This document shows positions 26,874-40,490 of a DNA stretch of 64,000 nucleotides, piece after piece. The stretch's first letter is position 1; every line of letters starts with the position of its first letter. The position numbers and the translations under genes are program-made. A model generated the notes under the pieces. The model saw nothing but the letters and a program-made list of their open reading frames with translations, made no database searches and was not told the DNA's origin. The DNA is from Cycas panzhihuaensis (lineage: Eukaryota > Plantae > Cycadophyta), in assembly GCA_023213395.1 (NCBI GenBank), contig CM041465.1:213039741-213103740 (forward strand), written 5' to 3'.

Positions 26874-29465
26874 ATACCTAATTACATGTTTATCCCCATT
26901 TACACTCTCTCTAGATTATTTTGTATTTTATATTTTAGCTATCTTTGAGTTATGTTGCATATAAAAATGTGTGCCAACCTATAATAAGTTAATCATTGAG
27001 GGTTCTCACACATGTGGTGAATTGTACTTTAAGTATGTGCATCATCTTCTTTTTAATTTAAAGTTTAGCCATTTTTCTATTTTATTTTGTCAACATATAT
27101 ATGCTTCATCATTCTTATACCTTATTATTTATTCATTCAGTTACCTAATTTCATCTATTATTATCATATTTAACTTATATTCTAACATTGGTTGAGCCCA
27201 TGGTATATCCTTATATTACTACTCAAGCATGAACTAGATTTATCTTACATCTAATAGGAACTACTAGGTGGTAATGAGAACTATTACATCAAGTGGGGGC
27301 ATATTATTCCCTTGTATTAGTACTCAACCATTAACTTTATCCCTAAAAATATGTTATAAATTGAATTCATATTTGTATATGTAATTCTCAAACCTAAGGA
27401 CATGGAGACGTAGAAGCACAAAAACATAGAATAAACTCACACATAAAACTCCCTCAAGGATGTATATATATACTAAATAGAAACCCCTTGCTTATTTTAA
27501 ACCCATAAAATAATGTCTACATAATGATAATATTATGCAAGAATGAATGTACCATAAGTAAAATAAATGTGCTATACTAGAAGTAAGACCAATTTGCTTT
27601 GATATCACTATAATGAGCTTTGACACTGATGTTGAGAGTCTAAAATAAAATTAGATTTCAAATAAAAAATAAATGGTTGTAAATAGATATCTCGACTTAA
27701 TTTATTTTTATAGGCACCCATTGATTACTTAAATGAAGTTAACTTAAATAAGTTTTATAGGTGCATTACAAATTAACATTATTAATGTGGCAGTTAATTA
27801 TTAAGCCAGTTGTTAATATTAATGTGGTGGTTTAATTAATGTAAGAATAAAAAAAGTATGAGTTATGCAGAGAGTTGCAACCCTTAAAGGTCAACACCTC
27901 TTGAGGGATTATAAATATCCTAGAGCCCTTATATATTCATATAAATCAAATGTTGATCCATGTTATTGATAGATCTTATGGTGGGTTTTTTCCTAATAGG
28001 GTTTCCCATATATATCTTATATACCATGCAACTATTCTGTGTTTATCTTATTTAGTTGTTATATATGGTAAAAGATTCTATGAGTGTAAACATATATGAG
28101 TTCATTCATATTTCTTTACATGATATCAAAATTGTAGGGTCCTATACAATTAAGGCTAGAGTTGGATAGAGTGATGAGATTATAGGTTACTAGGTGATAC
28201 CATCAAAACCCAAGATTTCTTAAGGACTTATCTTCTCCAACAACTTGTAAGAATAGGCACAATATTCAATGGTGGTTGAAGAGGTGAAATTCACTTATCA
28301 ACAAGATTAAGGCACTATTAGGGTTAAAATTTAGACCTGCAATCCATTTTTATGAATTGAGTTAGCTTGTTGGGGGTCATCCAAAGCTAGTTGGTGAATT
28401 GGATACTGGCTAAGCCTAGTAGAGCATGTTCTAATAGAGATTTAATAGTATTGAGGGATGTTATATATCATACAAGTAGGCTTGCTATATTTTTATTGAA
28501 GTTCTACTATAATTTGCAATAAAAATCAACTTTGTACACCAAATTAGTCAGAGTTCCTTACTTGAGAGAAAAATTATATCCCATTGAAGAGGTTTACTAT
28601 CCTTAAGAAGGGTGTTAGGTAATAATAAATGCTATTATATTGTTCAAAGCATATGGTTATATGTTGGGTATGGCCAACTTTGTATGATCTTATAACCCCT
28701 AATTCCTCTTCTATTGGGTGTGATAACCACCTAAGATCAAACAAGGAGGTACTTATATGGTTGTTAGACTGTACATGATCCATTTTACTAGTTGTAGGTG
28801 TGAGTTATAACTATAAGGGCTCAAGAGGACCTACACAGGTCATATTCCCTCTTACAGTTATCGCAACTCTTTGTTCATGTCATTTAAAGTTTAGAGATAA
28901 ATTATGGATGATGTTTGGCATATATTTTATATGTTTAACCTTTTTCGACCATCACATTGTATTAATCCTTAATTAAAAACATGCGCATTTAGTAAAAAGG
29001 TATGCGATCTTTTTGGATAACTGCGACTTTAGGAATATGCCTTTTGGTATATTTTATATAAAGTGGATTTTATAAAACTTTGAAAGACCATTAAAATATT
29101 GCTTAGTATATATATTAAGTATTATGAGAAATTTTAAGATCATTTTAGAGCTAGTTTTTATTGAAATCTGACTTGGAGGACTGTACAACCACTAATGTAT
29201 GATAATCTCTTCTTGGTAAAGAATATTCCAAGGTCTTTTGAGTCTAATTTTTTAGCCTTTTTTAGCATTTGGATAATGATATTGAAGCTAGTTACTTTGG
29301 GGTTGACTATTGGTAGGCAGTTTTAGCTTACATAACCATATGTTTGTGTACCCTAATAGACATTCTTAAGAAGGTGTTGAATATAGTGAAGTGGGTGTTG
29401 TTTAGAAGACTACATATCTAGTAGTCTAGTGATATTAACTCATTTTTTAAACTTATTTCTTGAGA

Positions 29466-31186
29466 ATGGATTTCTTGATGCCTAATGTTATCTTTAATAG
29501 CAATAACTTTAGTAAGTGTAAGGCTATCATGGAGTTAATATTGGTAGTGAATCAACTCTAGGTAATGACTAAGACAAAAGTAGATGCAATGTTTCTTAAT
29601 CATAAAGAACATGTTTAACTTCAAGAGAAGTAATTCATGGTAGTCAGATTGTTAAAACTATCATTGGTGCCAAACTAAAAGGCATTGGTTTATAAACTTG
29701 ATCAACTAGATGAAATCTGGGTAAAGTTTTATGAAACTTTTAAGAATAATAAGATGAATAAACATCTAGCCTTGATGTTGGAGCTTCTCAATTCTACAGC
29801 AGAAGATGAGACTAATATAAACCCTTACCTAAATAAAGTTACTGACTTAAAGAATAAGTTAGATGAGTTAAAATCAAATTTAATTGATGATACATTATTG
29901 TTTATGATAATCATATCAAAATTATTAGTTGTATTTGACACTTTTAGACCACCTATGGTAGAGATCAGGTGATGGAGGATGAGATATTTGATGGTATAAA
30001 GAATCTTATTCTAGCAGAGAATGCCAAGTTAAGATATCATGGGATGCTTAGAGGTTCTAAATCAAGTTAGGCCTTAGTCATGAAGATGTAGAGAAGGGAG
30101 ACAATTAAGGAGAAGAATTTCACATAAAAGTTTAGGGAAGAATCTCAAGAGAAGAAGAAATTCATAGGAAAATGTAACTATTATAAGAAGGAAGGCCACA
30201 AAAAAATGAATTATTGGTTCAAAAGACTGGATAAACACAAAGCTAGCCAAGATGATAAAGGGAATAATATAACAATACATTATGTCATAGTGTTAGTTGA
30301 GTCAAGTCAAAGAGACTATTGAATATTGGACTCTGGAATGTACAAATACATCTCTTTCCAAAAGTAAAACTTTAATGCATGGAGTACATATCATAATGGT
30401 ACTGAGATTATCCTTAGATATTCTTATATATTATCAGTTAAAGGTGTTGTTGATGTATCCTTGGTAAGTGATAAGTTTAAAGGGGCCTATTATATACCCA
30501 AGATGTAGTTAAATTTACTTTCAGCCTAAGAAATTTATAAATAAAGAATTAAGATCAAGCTTTATAGAGATAAATGTTTTATTAAGGATCTTAAACAAAA
30601 TTTCTCTATCATTGCTATTAGAAAAGCAAGAGATAAATTTTAGGTATTTAAAAAGTTTCATTCCCAAAAGAAATCCTATGCTTTTATTAGTAACATAGAT
30701 GATGTGAGTAAGATGTGGCATGATTACCTTGGTCACCTTAATTATAAAAGCATCGCACTATTGAAAAGGTTAAAAATAGTATAAGAATTATCATCTATTT
30801 TATATTTACATGGTGTTTATATAGGATGTATATTTGGTAAGCATCATTACTATCCTTTTGCTCAGGATAATGCCTAGAGTGTCAAGGAGAAGCTTAAACC
30901 AGTACATATAAATATGATGAGGCCACTCTTAAACCCTTCAATATCAAGAGCTCGATATACTTTGGTGTTTATAGATAACTATACCATGAAGTCTTAGGTG
31001 TATTTCCTAAAAAATAATTCATAAGTATTTGACCACTTTCCTAATTAGGAAGTAAATGTTGAAAATAAAAGTGATAAAAAGATTTAAATATCAATGAGTG
31101 ATAATAACAAGGAATACAACAATCATACATTTAATTAGTTCTATTAGGTTAATAGTATAAAATAAGAGTTTACTATCCCATATACC
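29466..31186 (+). pseudogene. Copia gag-protease-integrase (5' part)
   Basis: UBN2-like ORF 29685-29972; decayed knuckle KCNYYKKEGH (~30170); ILDSG protease (~30325); WHDYLGHLNY GAG-pre-integrase (~30716); ends in integrase TIPYT. Confidence 0.85.
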
Positions 31187-32424
31187 TAATCTAAATCTTG
31201 AATAGGAAAGTGAAGACTTTAACCAATTGAAATAAAATCCAAAATAATTTACATTATTATTACATAGAATTGAAAATATTTAGAATTTTCTTATAAAACT
31301 CCTTTTGTTTGTGCTCTATTGAGCATGCAAGGGACTGCTACAGCATTTTGAGAGAGAGAAACTGAGTGTTGGGTGCTCCTTGGGCTGTTACTCGTTCTTT
31401 GGAACCTCCATTTTTGAAGTCTACAAAACATTTTTGGTCATTTATTACCAAAAACCCCTTTTTGGTGAAGAAAAACTGGCTAGCATCTCTTTCTAGGACT
31501 CATATCGCATCTTCTCCACTCAGCTGTAACTACGATCTTCCGGGCTCCTTCACGATCCCCGCAATAGGTTTATTCTGCTGCGTTTCTATCTTCTTCTCTC
31601 TCAACGTATATTTTCAGTCTTTGGAGCCATTCTCTTTCTGGAAAATGATTTCTTGAAGCTCTCCCTGAATCTTACTCTATATTATGTCTAGGGCTGTGAC
31701 GTCCTCCTTTTCCTATCGAAAATCTCTGTCCAAATCCCCTTTGTTCCTCTCTAGAATTTCGCTTAAAAGCGTTTTCATTTGCAAGAGATATTTCTATTTT
31801 TCTGTTTTTTAACGGATTTCAAAATGACTTATGAAATCTTAGAAAAATACTTCTAATTTGGAGTTTTTCCTCTTCAAATGTGTAGAGGACACGTGTGCGT
31901 ACTCTCTTCTCAAATTTCATGTGAAACGAGTTTCGTTTGTGCTACTAAAATTATTTCTGTTTTTGTTGTTTTTCCATTTTTTGACTTTTAGGTAGCGATT
32001 CAGTAGCGATTAGCCATTCTTGTAGTTGTCGTAGCAATTGATATAGTTGATGCACCTGTAGTAGTAGTTGCTACAGTTGTAATAGCAGTTGATGCAGTTG
32101 TAGTAGCACCTACGTAGTAGTCGTAGTACCTGCATAGCACCTACGTAGCAGTTGTAGCACCTGCGTAGCACCTTGGTAGTAGTTGTAGCACCTTGCGTAG
32201 CACCTTGGTAGTAGTTGTAGTACCTTGGTAGCAATTGTAGTACCTTGGTAGCACCTATTTACACTAGTAGAAATATATTTTTTACATTTTTTGAGTCTTT
32301 TAAAGGTATATTTCTACTAAATGAAGACCATTAAGCCTTTTTAAGGTAATTTTCTACTACATAAAGACCATTTACATGAAAAATAAAGTATTTTAAGAGT
32401 ATTTAAAGATCCGAAAATGGATCA
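31187..32424 (-). repeat. 3' LTR (1238 bp) of the CRM-like element
   Basis: Direct repeat of 37120-38352; contains a GTAGCACCTT/GTAGTAGTT array at ~31992-32256. Confidence 0.95.
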
Positions 32425-32462
32425 TAACTCCCATTTTTTAGGAGTTCATGGCCTCATGAACT

Positions 32463-35400
32463 TTATAGTTGAAGATGAGGGAATTTGATTTTTCCTATCT
32501 CCCTATTGTACCATTTTGCTTTACTAGGTACTTGTCCTTTCTCTGTAATTCTAAAGGTCTCGATTATGCCTCTTCGAGTCTTGGTCTACTTCCTTTGAAG
32601 AATGCAATCATTTTGCATTGGTTCCTCTTTCTCTATTCGCAACTCCTTTGGATTTGGTAAAAGTGGAACCCCATCTTTATTTTCATCCAACATGGATGGC
32701 TCGAACATCTTCAGATTCTCAGCATTCACTATGGAATACATCTTCATGAATTCTGGAAGTTTAAGCTGGAAAGCATTTTTTCTAATTTTCTTCAAGATTG
32801 TAAAAGGACCATATCGTAAAGGCTTTAGCTTTTTGCCTTCACCTTACAATCTTTTCTTACTGAGGTGTAACCAAACTCTATCTCCTTCCTTAAAGGAATG
32901 TCTAGTTCTATGCACATCATACTGCTGCTTGTATCTCTATTGAGATTTTTGAAGCTGCTCTTCAACTTGTTGATGGATTTTTCTTATTCTTTCTAAGAAT
33001 CTTTGTGCCTTTTCATCTCCTTCTTCTTCCTTTCTATTTCCTGCAGAAAGTTGAGTAGAGAATTCTAAATCGAAAGGGCTTGCAGGCAGAAATCCCAAAC
33101 ATACCTCAAAGGGTGATTTCTGGGTTGAGCTATGGATAGCTCTATTGAATGTAAATTGTAAGTATGGGGGACTTTCATCCCAAGTCTTAGGATGCTTGGC
33201 ATTGTATCCTCGTAACAACTATACCAATGTCCTGTTGACAACTTCAGTCTGGCTGTTTGTTTTAGGATGAAAAGTTGTGCTCATCTTTAGCTTCATATCC
33301 ATCATTCCCCAAAGTGTTTACCAAAAATGACTCAAAAATCTACTGTCTTGATCAGAAATGATTGAGTTGGGAAGTCCAAAATACTTCCAAACATGCTGGA
33401 AAAATAATCCAGCTATGTCTTCTCCTGTATATGTCTTCCTACAGGGAATCAACATCACCATTTTACTGAACTGATCAACAACTACAAATAAATAATCCAT
33501 ACCATTTTTGGTTTGTGGTAGTCCTCCCAAGAAATCCATGGAGATACTTTCCCATGGTCATGATGGAACAAGAAGTAGAATGTACAATCTAAACTTCCTA
33601 TTGACTGGCTTTGATGTGCTACATAATGTACACCCTCGTACTATTGTAGTCACATCTTGTTGCATATTTGGCCAATACATATATCGCTATAAGTTTAGCA
33701 ATGTCTTTCATACTCTAAAGTGTTCTTTAACTTGAGAGGTGTGAGCTTCTCTTATCCACTTCATTCGGTCTGCATGCTTTGGAATGTAAAGCTTGTCTTG
33801 CTTGCAAAGAAGTCTATCTTTCAGCTGGAAATTAGCAACTATTTTTCCTTGCTATAGCTACCTAAAGATAGGCTTGAATGCCTCATCTTTCAAATACAAA
33901 TAAGCATATTCATCATGGTAGAAAGGTTGAAATTGCATAGCTACTAACAAACTGGAAATACTTTGTTGTTGAGGAGGTTTGGATAGCAAGTCTGCAATCT
34001 TATTTGTCGTTCCTTTTTTGTATTTAACCATGATGTGAAACTACTGTAAATAGGACATCCACTTCATGTGCCTAGCCTGCTTCAACTTGGAATGAGTCTA
34101 CAAAAATTGCAAAGGCTTGTGGTCAATGTGGATGATCACTTCTTTTCCCAACAAGTAGGGTCTCCAATGCTTCACTGCTTGGTGTAATGTATAGAGCTCC
34201 TTATCATAAGTTGGGTAGTTTATGATAGCTCCATTGAATGTCTCTTAATGGTATGCTATCAGTTTTCCTTCTTGCTTCAATACTGCTCCCATGGCATAAC
34301 CTGAAGTATCAGTCTCTAATTCAAATGGCTTCTGCAGCAAGGGCAAAGCTAACACTGGTGCCTCACAAATTTTTTGCTTCAAAAGCCTGAAAGCTTTTTC
34401 TTGTTTATTCTCCCAATGAAACTTTGCATGTCCTCCTGTTAATGCATGAAGAGGTGCTATAATTTGAAAGAATCTGAAAATAAATTTTCTTAAATACTGA
34501 CATGTACTAATGAAACTTCTTACCTCTGTGGTTGTCTTGGGTGTGGGCCAATTGAGAATGACTTTACTCTTTGTTGGGTCAATCTTTAATTATCCCCCTC
34601 CAACCACGAAACCTAAGAAGATGAGAGATTACTTTCCAAGCTTGCACTTCTTCAAATTTAGTTTCAACTGCTGCTCTTGGAGAACCTTGAGTACTTGCTC
34701 AACATGTTAGAGGTGATCCTCCCATGTTTGGCTAAAAATCAGAATATCATCTAGATAAACAATTACAAAGTCATCAATGAAGGGTCTTAATACCTTATTC
34801 ATCAACCTCATGAAGGTGGCAGGTGCATTGCACAGACTAAATGGCATCACCAACCATTCGAACAATCCTTGCTTCGATTTGAAGGCTATCTTCCAAGTAT
34901 CCTCCTCTTGGATTCGAACCTGATGGTAGCCTAATTTCAGGTCCATTTTGTTGAAATATCTTGCCGACTGTAGCTGGTCTAATAAGTCATCTATCTGTGG
35001 TAAGGGATGCCGATTCTTTATGGTGATCTTGTTTAAAGCCTTGTAGTCAATGCACATTTTCCATCCTCCATCTTTTTTTGGCACCAAAATAATAGGTGAT
35101 CCACATGGAGAATAACTCGGCTTAATCACACCTTGTTCCAAGAGTTCTTGAACCTGCCTCTTAATCTCTTCATTCTCTAAAACTGAGTTTCAATAGAGAC
35201 TAAGATTTGGCAAAGGTGAATCAGCAACAAGCTAGATTTCATGTTTAATTGCCCTTTTAGGGGGCAGCCCTTTTGGCTCTTAGAATACGTCACTGTACCT
35301 ATTCCTTGGGTCTTCAATCTGCTGCACTTGCTTCCTATCTAGTGCCTGTATTGAGGACTCTGCTTGCTCGTTTTCCTCTACCTTTGGCTTTATCATCAGC

Positions 35401-37005
35401 AGCACAAACTTCCTATAAGCATTAATTAATCTTTTTGCTTGTTGGGAAGATATAAGAGAAATCTTCTTCTATGGCTTTGATGCATTGATCAGATATGATC
35501 TCCCGTCCTTGATGAGTCGAATCTTTCTTGGCCTCCTGTGATGAACTCCATCTCTATCATAGAGATATGGGCTACCAAACATAACTTGACATACATCCAA
35601 AGGGACTACTTCACATTCAACTTCATCAATGAATTTTTCAAATATTACAAATTTAAACTTACATTGGTGAGTAGCCTGCAACTCTGAATCTTTTTGCAAC
35701 CATCCAAGAGGATATGGTTTTGGATATACATGCATTTTTAATCCCAGTTTCTTTACCAATGCTTCTGAGATTATATTCTTTTGGCTTCCTCCATCAAAGA
35801 TGGCATCAACCATGCTTTACTTCACTTGGATTCTTACCATGAAGAGCTCCTTTCTAATCTCTGGATCAACTTGCTAATCGTTACATCCAGACTCTGCATT
35901 AGCCATGAGCATCAACTTCTCATTGGCTTCTTCAATGTCGCAAACATTTTCATCAGCTATAGAGTTAAGTAAAGTTTTACCTTTTGTTTTAACTTTACCT
36001 TTCCCCTTGTTATTGGGTCATTTCTCTGGGTGTGGGAACCAACAATCTTCTAGCTGTGACCTGCTCGCTTGCAATGAGTACAAGTGATTTTGATTTGGGT
36101 GGTATTATCTTGTTTCATCTTACCAAAACCCCTAATGGATTATTATCCAACTTTACCTGGAAACCTCATTCCTCAGGTAGGTTTATTGCTACCTTCTAGA
36201 GGTGCAAACCTTTTCCTTTTGACAAAAACCTTCTTGTTCCTCTTTTCTATGGCAATCACCTTCTTGCTAGCTTCCTCGAGCGATTTAACTTCAAACAGTT
36301 GAAGTTCTTGTTGAATATGCTAGTGCAGTCCTCTAATATATTCCAGTATCATGTCTTTACCCAGTAAAGAGATGCCTAACACAACAACTTGCTTTTGAAA
36401 TTCTATTATGTAATCTTGGATATTTTGGCCTCTTTTCTGTCAGTAATATTGTTATTTAATCGTCTGTTACTCTTCATATCCAATAGGATAGAATTGCTTC
36501 TTTATGAGGATTTTAAATTACTGCCAGGTAGTTTCATTTATATTATGGGTTTTAAGGTATACATTCCACCAAACTAATGCATGCTTAGATAATTTTAACC
36601 TAGCAAAAGTAATTTACTGCTGGTTTTTATACCCATAAATGGAGAAATAAGTTTCTAGTTGGTCCAACCAACCATCTAATTTTTCGGCATCCAATGTTCC
36701 ATCATAGATGGGCAATTCAAGTTTTGCCTCTACCTTGAATGGATGTCTAAACACTGCCAGATTATCATCTTTTTCATCTTCTTCTTGGTCTTCTACGAGC
36801 TCTTCATTCATATCTTCTTTCATTAGTTCGTCTTCTTCCTTCTTTACGCCTTTGGCTGTTGAAGAAGAAGTTGTAACTAGTTGCACCACAACCTTTCCTC
36901 CATCTTCTGCTCTGGATCATCCATCTTCCTTCATTATCTTCTTTCTTTCTCTAGAGGTTCGGTTAGAGGTTCACCTGTTAACAGATATTGATATCTAGTT
37001 TTCAT
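32463..37005 (-). pseudogene. CRM-like gag-pol (gag, PR, RT, RH, IN, divergent chromodomain-like tail)
   Basis: Gag LPIYDGTLDAEKLDGWLDQLETYF; PR IFDGGSQKNIIS...PKPYPLGWL; RT GYHQVRI...EWLVMPF...YLDD (34707-35141); [10 protein letters not shown]...VVDQFSKM (33318-33539); premature stops. Confidence 0.93.
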
Positions 37006-37119
37006 AAAAACTTCCATAATGAAAGCAAGAGGGTTTTTTTCCTTTTCTTTTCTTTCTTTTGCTTTAAAATCCCTAAGTTCCCAAGGGTTTCAAGAAAACT
37101 AGCTTTGATACCAAAATAT

Positions 37120-38352
37120 TGATCTGAATCTTGAATGGAAAAGTGAAGACTTTAACTAATTGAAATAAAATCCAGAATAATTTATATTATTATTACATAG
37201 AATTAAAAATATTTAGAATTTTCTTACAAAACTCCTTTTGTTGGTGCTCTATTGAGCATGTAAAGGACTGCTACAATATTTTGGGAGAGAGAAACTAAGT
37301 GTTAGGTGCTCCTTGGGCTGCTACTCGTTCTCTGGAACCTCCATCTTCGAAGTCTGCAAAATGTTTTTGGTCATTTATTACCAAAAACCCGTTTTTGGTG
37401 AAGAAAAACTAGCTAACGTCTCTTTCTGGGACTGTTACTGCTACTATCTTCTCCACTCAACTGTAACTACGATCTTCAGGGCTCCTTCACAATCCCTGCA
37501 ATAGGTTTATTCTGCTGCGTTTCTATCTTCTTCTCTCAACGGAGATTTTTAGTCTTTAGAGCTGTTCTCTTTTCAGAAAATGATTTCTTGAAGCTCTTCT
37601 CGAATCTTGCTCTATACTGCGTCTAAGGCTACGGCATCCTCCTTTTCCTGTCGACAATCTCTGTCCAAATGCCCTTTGTTCCTCTCCAGAATTTTGCTTA
37701 AAAGCATTTTCATTTGCAAGAGATATTTCTATTTTTCTGTTTTCTAATAGATTCCAAAATGACTTGTGAAATCTTGGAATTCTTTTTTTAATTTGGAGTT
37801 TTTCCTCTTTAAATATATAGAGGATACGTGTGAAACGGTTTCTGTTTGTACTGCCAAAATCATTTTTGTTTTTGTTATTTTACCATTTTTTGACTTTTAG
37901 GTAGCAGTTGCTATAGTTGCCGTAGCAGTTGATGCAGTTGCCATAGCAGTTGATGCAGTTATTATAGTTGCTGTAGTAGTTGACACAGTTGCTACACACC
38001 TCTGATAGTAGTTGCTGATTCTGACGATTGGCGATTGTGATTGCGATAACACACATAGCGATCATAAGTACTATGTAGCACTGCGTGTGATAAGTAGCAC
38101 CTTAGTAGTAGTTGTAGCACCTTGCGTAGCACCTTGGTAGCAGTTGTAGCACCTTGGTAGTAGTTGTAGTAGCTTAGTAGCACCTATTTACACTAGTAGA
38201 AATACATTTTTACATTTTTTAAGCTTTTTAAAGGCATATTTCTACTAAATGAAAACTATTAAGCCTTTTTAAGGCAATTTTCTACTACATAAAGACCATT
38301 TACATGAAAAATAAAGTATTTTAAGAGTATTTAAAAATCTGAAAATGAATCA
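37120..38352 (-). repeat. 5' LTR (1233 bp) of the CRM-like element
   Basis: Direct repeat of 31187-32424; PBS 6 nt internal to the LTR edge. Confidence 0.95.
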
Positions 38353-38357
38353 ATACC

Positions 38358-40490
38358 TCACAGGAAAATGGTGTTGTAGAGAAAAAGAATCATACCATGA
38401 TAGAGATAGAGAGGTGTATAGTACATTAAAAAAACTTATCATTGATGTTTTAGGTAAAAGCTATTATGATTGTTACTTATATTCTAAATAGGGTAACCAC
38501 TCAAGTAGTTCAAAGCATAATCCCAAAGTAAAAATAGACCAGTCATAAATCAATCATTAGTCTTTTAAAAATATTTAGGTGCATTAGATATGCATACATC
38601 CCATATGAAGGTTGTAAAAAGCTAGATTACAATAGTTTAAAGTGTATATTCCTAGGGTATTTTAATCAGAACAAAACTTACAGATTGTGGGATCCATAAG
38701 GGAGAAGAATTGTGAATAGTCGATATGTTAAATTTGATGAGTCATCAAATATCATATTAAGAAGTCATTAGAAGAGCCTTTTTACCCCCCACTACTTTTA
38801 TTTCTAAATTCAATAATTAAAGAGGATGATGAACTAGTCACTAGAATTTAAGAAGAAGTTAGATATAATATAGAAAGTAATAGTGAGGAGCTATCATGTA
38901 AAGAAATATATATAATGCTAATCCTTTCTATACCATTATGGGCAAGGAAGATGACATAGAATTCTTGAGTGATGATACAGAACCTTACTAATGACAGAAG
39001 AATAATAAGCCACCATGCTAGTTAGACTCTGCTAGTAGATATTAACAACTCTAATAATCTTATTTTGTATGACAAAGTAGAGGACAATCTATGATAGAGA
39101 GCTATAATTGAAGAAGAGTATGGATAAAATATGAAGAATGTTATATAGGATTTAGTTCCACTACTTTTGAAGAAGAACCTAGTTGGATGTAAGTACATTT
39201 ACAAGATAAAGTTCTACTTCAATGGAGAGGTGGACAAATATAAGGTCAGGTTTGTTACTTAAGGGTTTAAGCAAAAAGAAGGAATTAGTTATAAGGAGAC
39301 ATTTATACTAGTCTCCAAGATAATGATGATTTGTTTGATCATTCCCTTAGTAGTTGCATATGGTTAGGAGTTACACTAAATGGGCGTTAAGTCTATGTCT
39401 TTTAATGGAGATCTGAAGGAGGAGATTTATATATCACAACCTCTAAGGTTCATTAAGAAAGGCTAGGAGCATCTTGTGTGCCATTTAAAGAAATCACTCT
39501 ACAACCTAAAATAAGAACCTCGAGTAGGACTTTTAATAGTAGCTATTGTGTTGTATATAGATGATCTACTTATCAAAGGCAACTATAATAAGATTGCAAT
39601 TCAAGTCAAGTTTAATTTAGGAGCTATCATTAATATGATATACCTCGAGCTACTACATTACTTATTAGGTAATAAAGTTATATAAATAAAAGATCAAACC
39701 ATGCTATTACAAACATAATATATGAAGAACCTATTAGAGAAGTTGAGGATATAGGATTATACGTTTATTATAACACAATGTGCTAAAGGCACAAAGTTGA
39801 AGAAAGGCATGGCCAAACCCTCTATAGATAAAAGATTATACCATCAATTTATAATAAATCTAATTTATTTGACTCATATCAAATTAGATCTTACTTATGT
39901 TATTGGATTAGTTTCCCATTATATGCAAAATCCTTAGGAACCTCATTGGGTTACAACAAAGTAGATTCTAAAGTATTTAGAGGGGCCACTTAACTTTAGT
40001 CTTAAATACCATTGTGGTGAAGAGATAAAGTTGTATGACTATATTGATGTTGATTGGGAAAATACTCTAATGATAAAAAATTCACTATTGGATATATCTT
40101 TGGTGTTGATAATGGATTTATTTCATGGTTGTTAAAGGAGCAACAAATAGTGGCATTATCTTCTATACAGGTAGAATATCAAGGACTTTGTATTGGTGCT
40201 AAAGAAGTTGTATGGTTATAAGGTCTCTTGGAAGTTCTTAGAGTTTCAAATAGAAACCTAATTATTTTTGTTGATAATTAGAGTACCATTCACTTGTTAA
40301 AGAATCTATAGTTTCATGATCGTATGAAGCACATTAAGATTTAGTATCACTACATCTATAAACATATCAAGTTAGGGAAGTTACAGGTCAACTGTTATCT
40401 AAGTGAATATCAACTTGTAGGTGTCTTCACCAAAGCACTTACTAAAGATCAATTCATAAAGATGCATACCAAATTATGACTCATGGAATT
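38358..40490 (+). pseudogene. Copia integrase C-half, RT and RNase H (3' part)
   Basis: Resumes SQENGVVEKKNHT; RT relics (LVGCKYIYKIK, KVRFV..GFKQKEGISY, LYIDDLLI ~39551-39575); RNase H tip YQLVGVFTKAL ~40408-40440. Confidence 0.88.

Larger units (their letters stand above)
22836..27187 (+). mobile_element. Non-autonomous LTR element with no recognisable coding domain (LARD-like), with nested insertions
   Basis: 5' LTR 22836-~23160, 3' LTR 26304-27187 (interrupted by 26320-26873); TSD TTGGT (22831-22835/27188-27192); PBS motifs 23161-23172 and 23195-23207; PPT AGAGGGGGGAA 26293-26303. Confidence 0.88.
31187..38352 (-). mobile_element. Ty3/Gypsy chromovirus, CRM-like, nearly intact
   Basis: LTRs 31187-32424 and 37120-38352 with T(G/A)AT...ATCA termini; TSD ATACC (31182-31186/38353-38357); PBS TGGTATCAAAGC 37113-37102; PPT AAAAAATGGGAG next to 32424; gag, PR, RT and IN fragments in the ORF track. 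Confidence 0.96.

Noticed and set aside
32010-38183. Cys/Tyr/Thr-rich ORFs 32010-32234, 37880-38065 and 37992-38183
   Set aside because: They arise from the LTR tandem arrays and are not conserved between the two LTRs.
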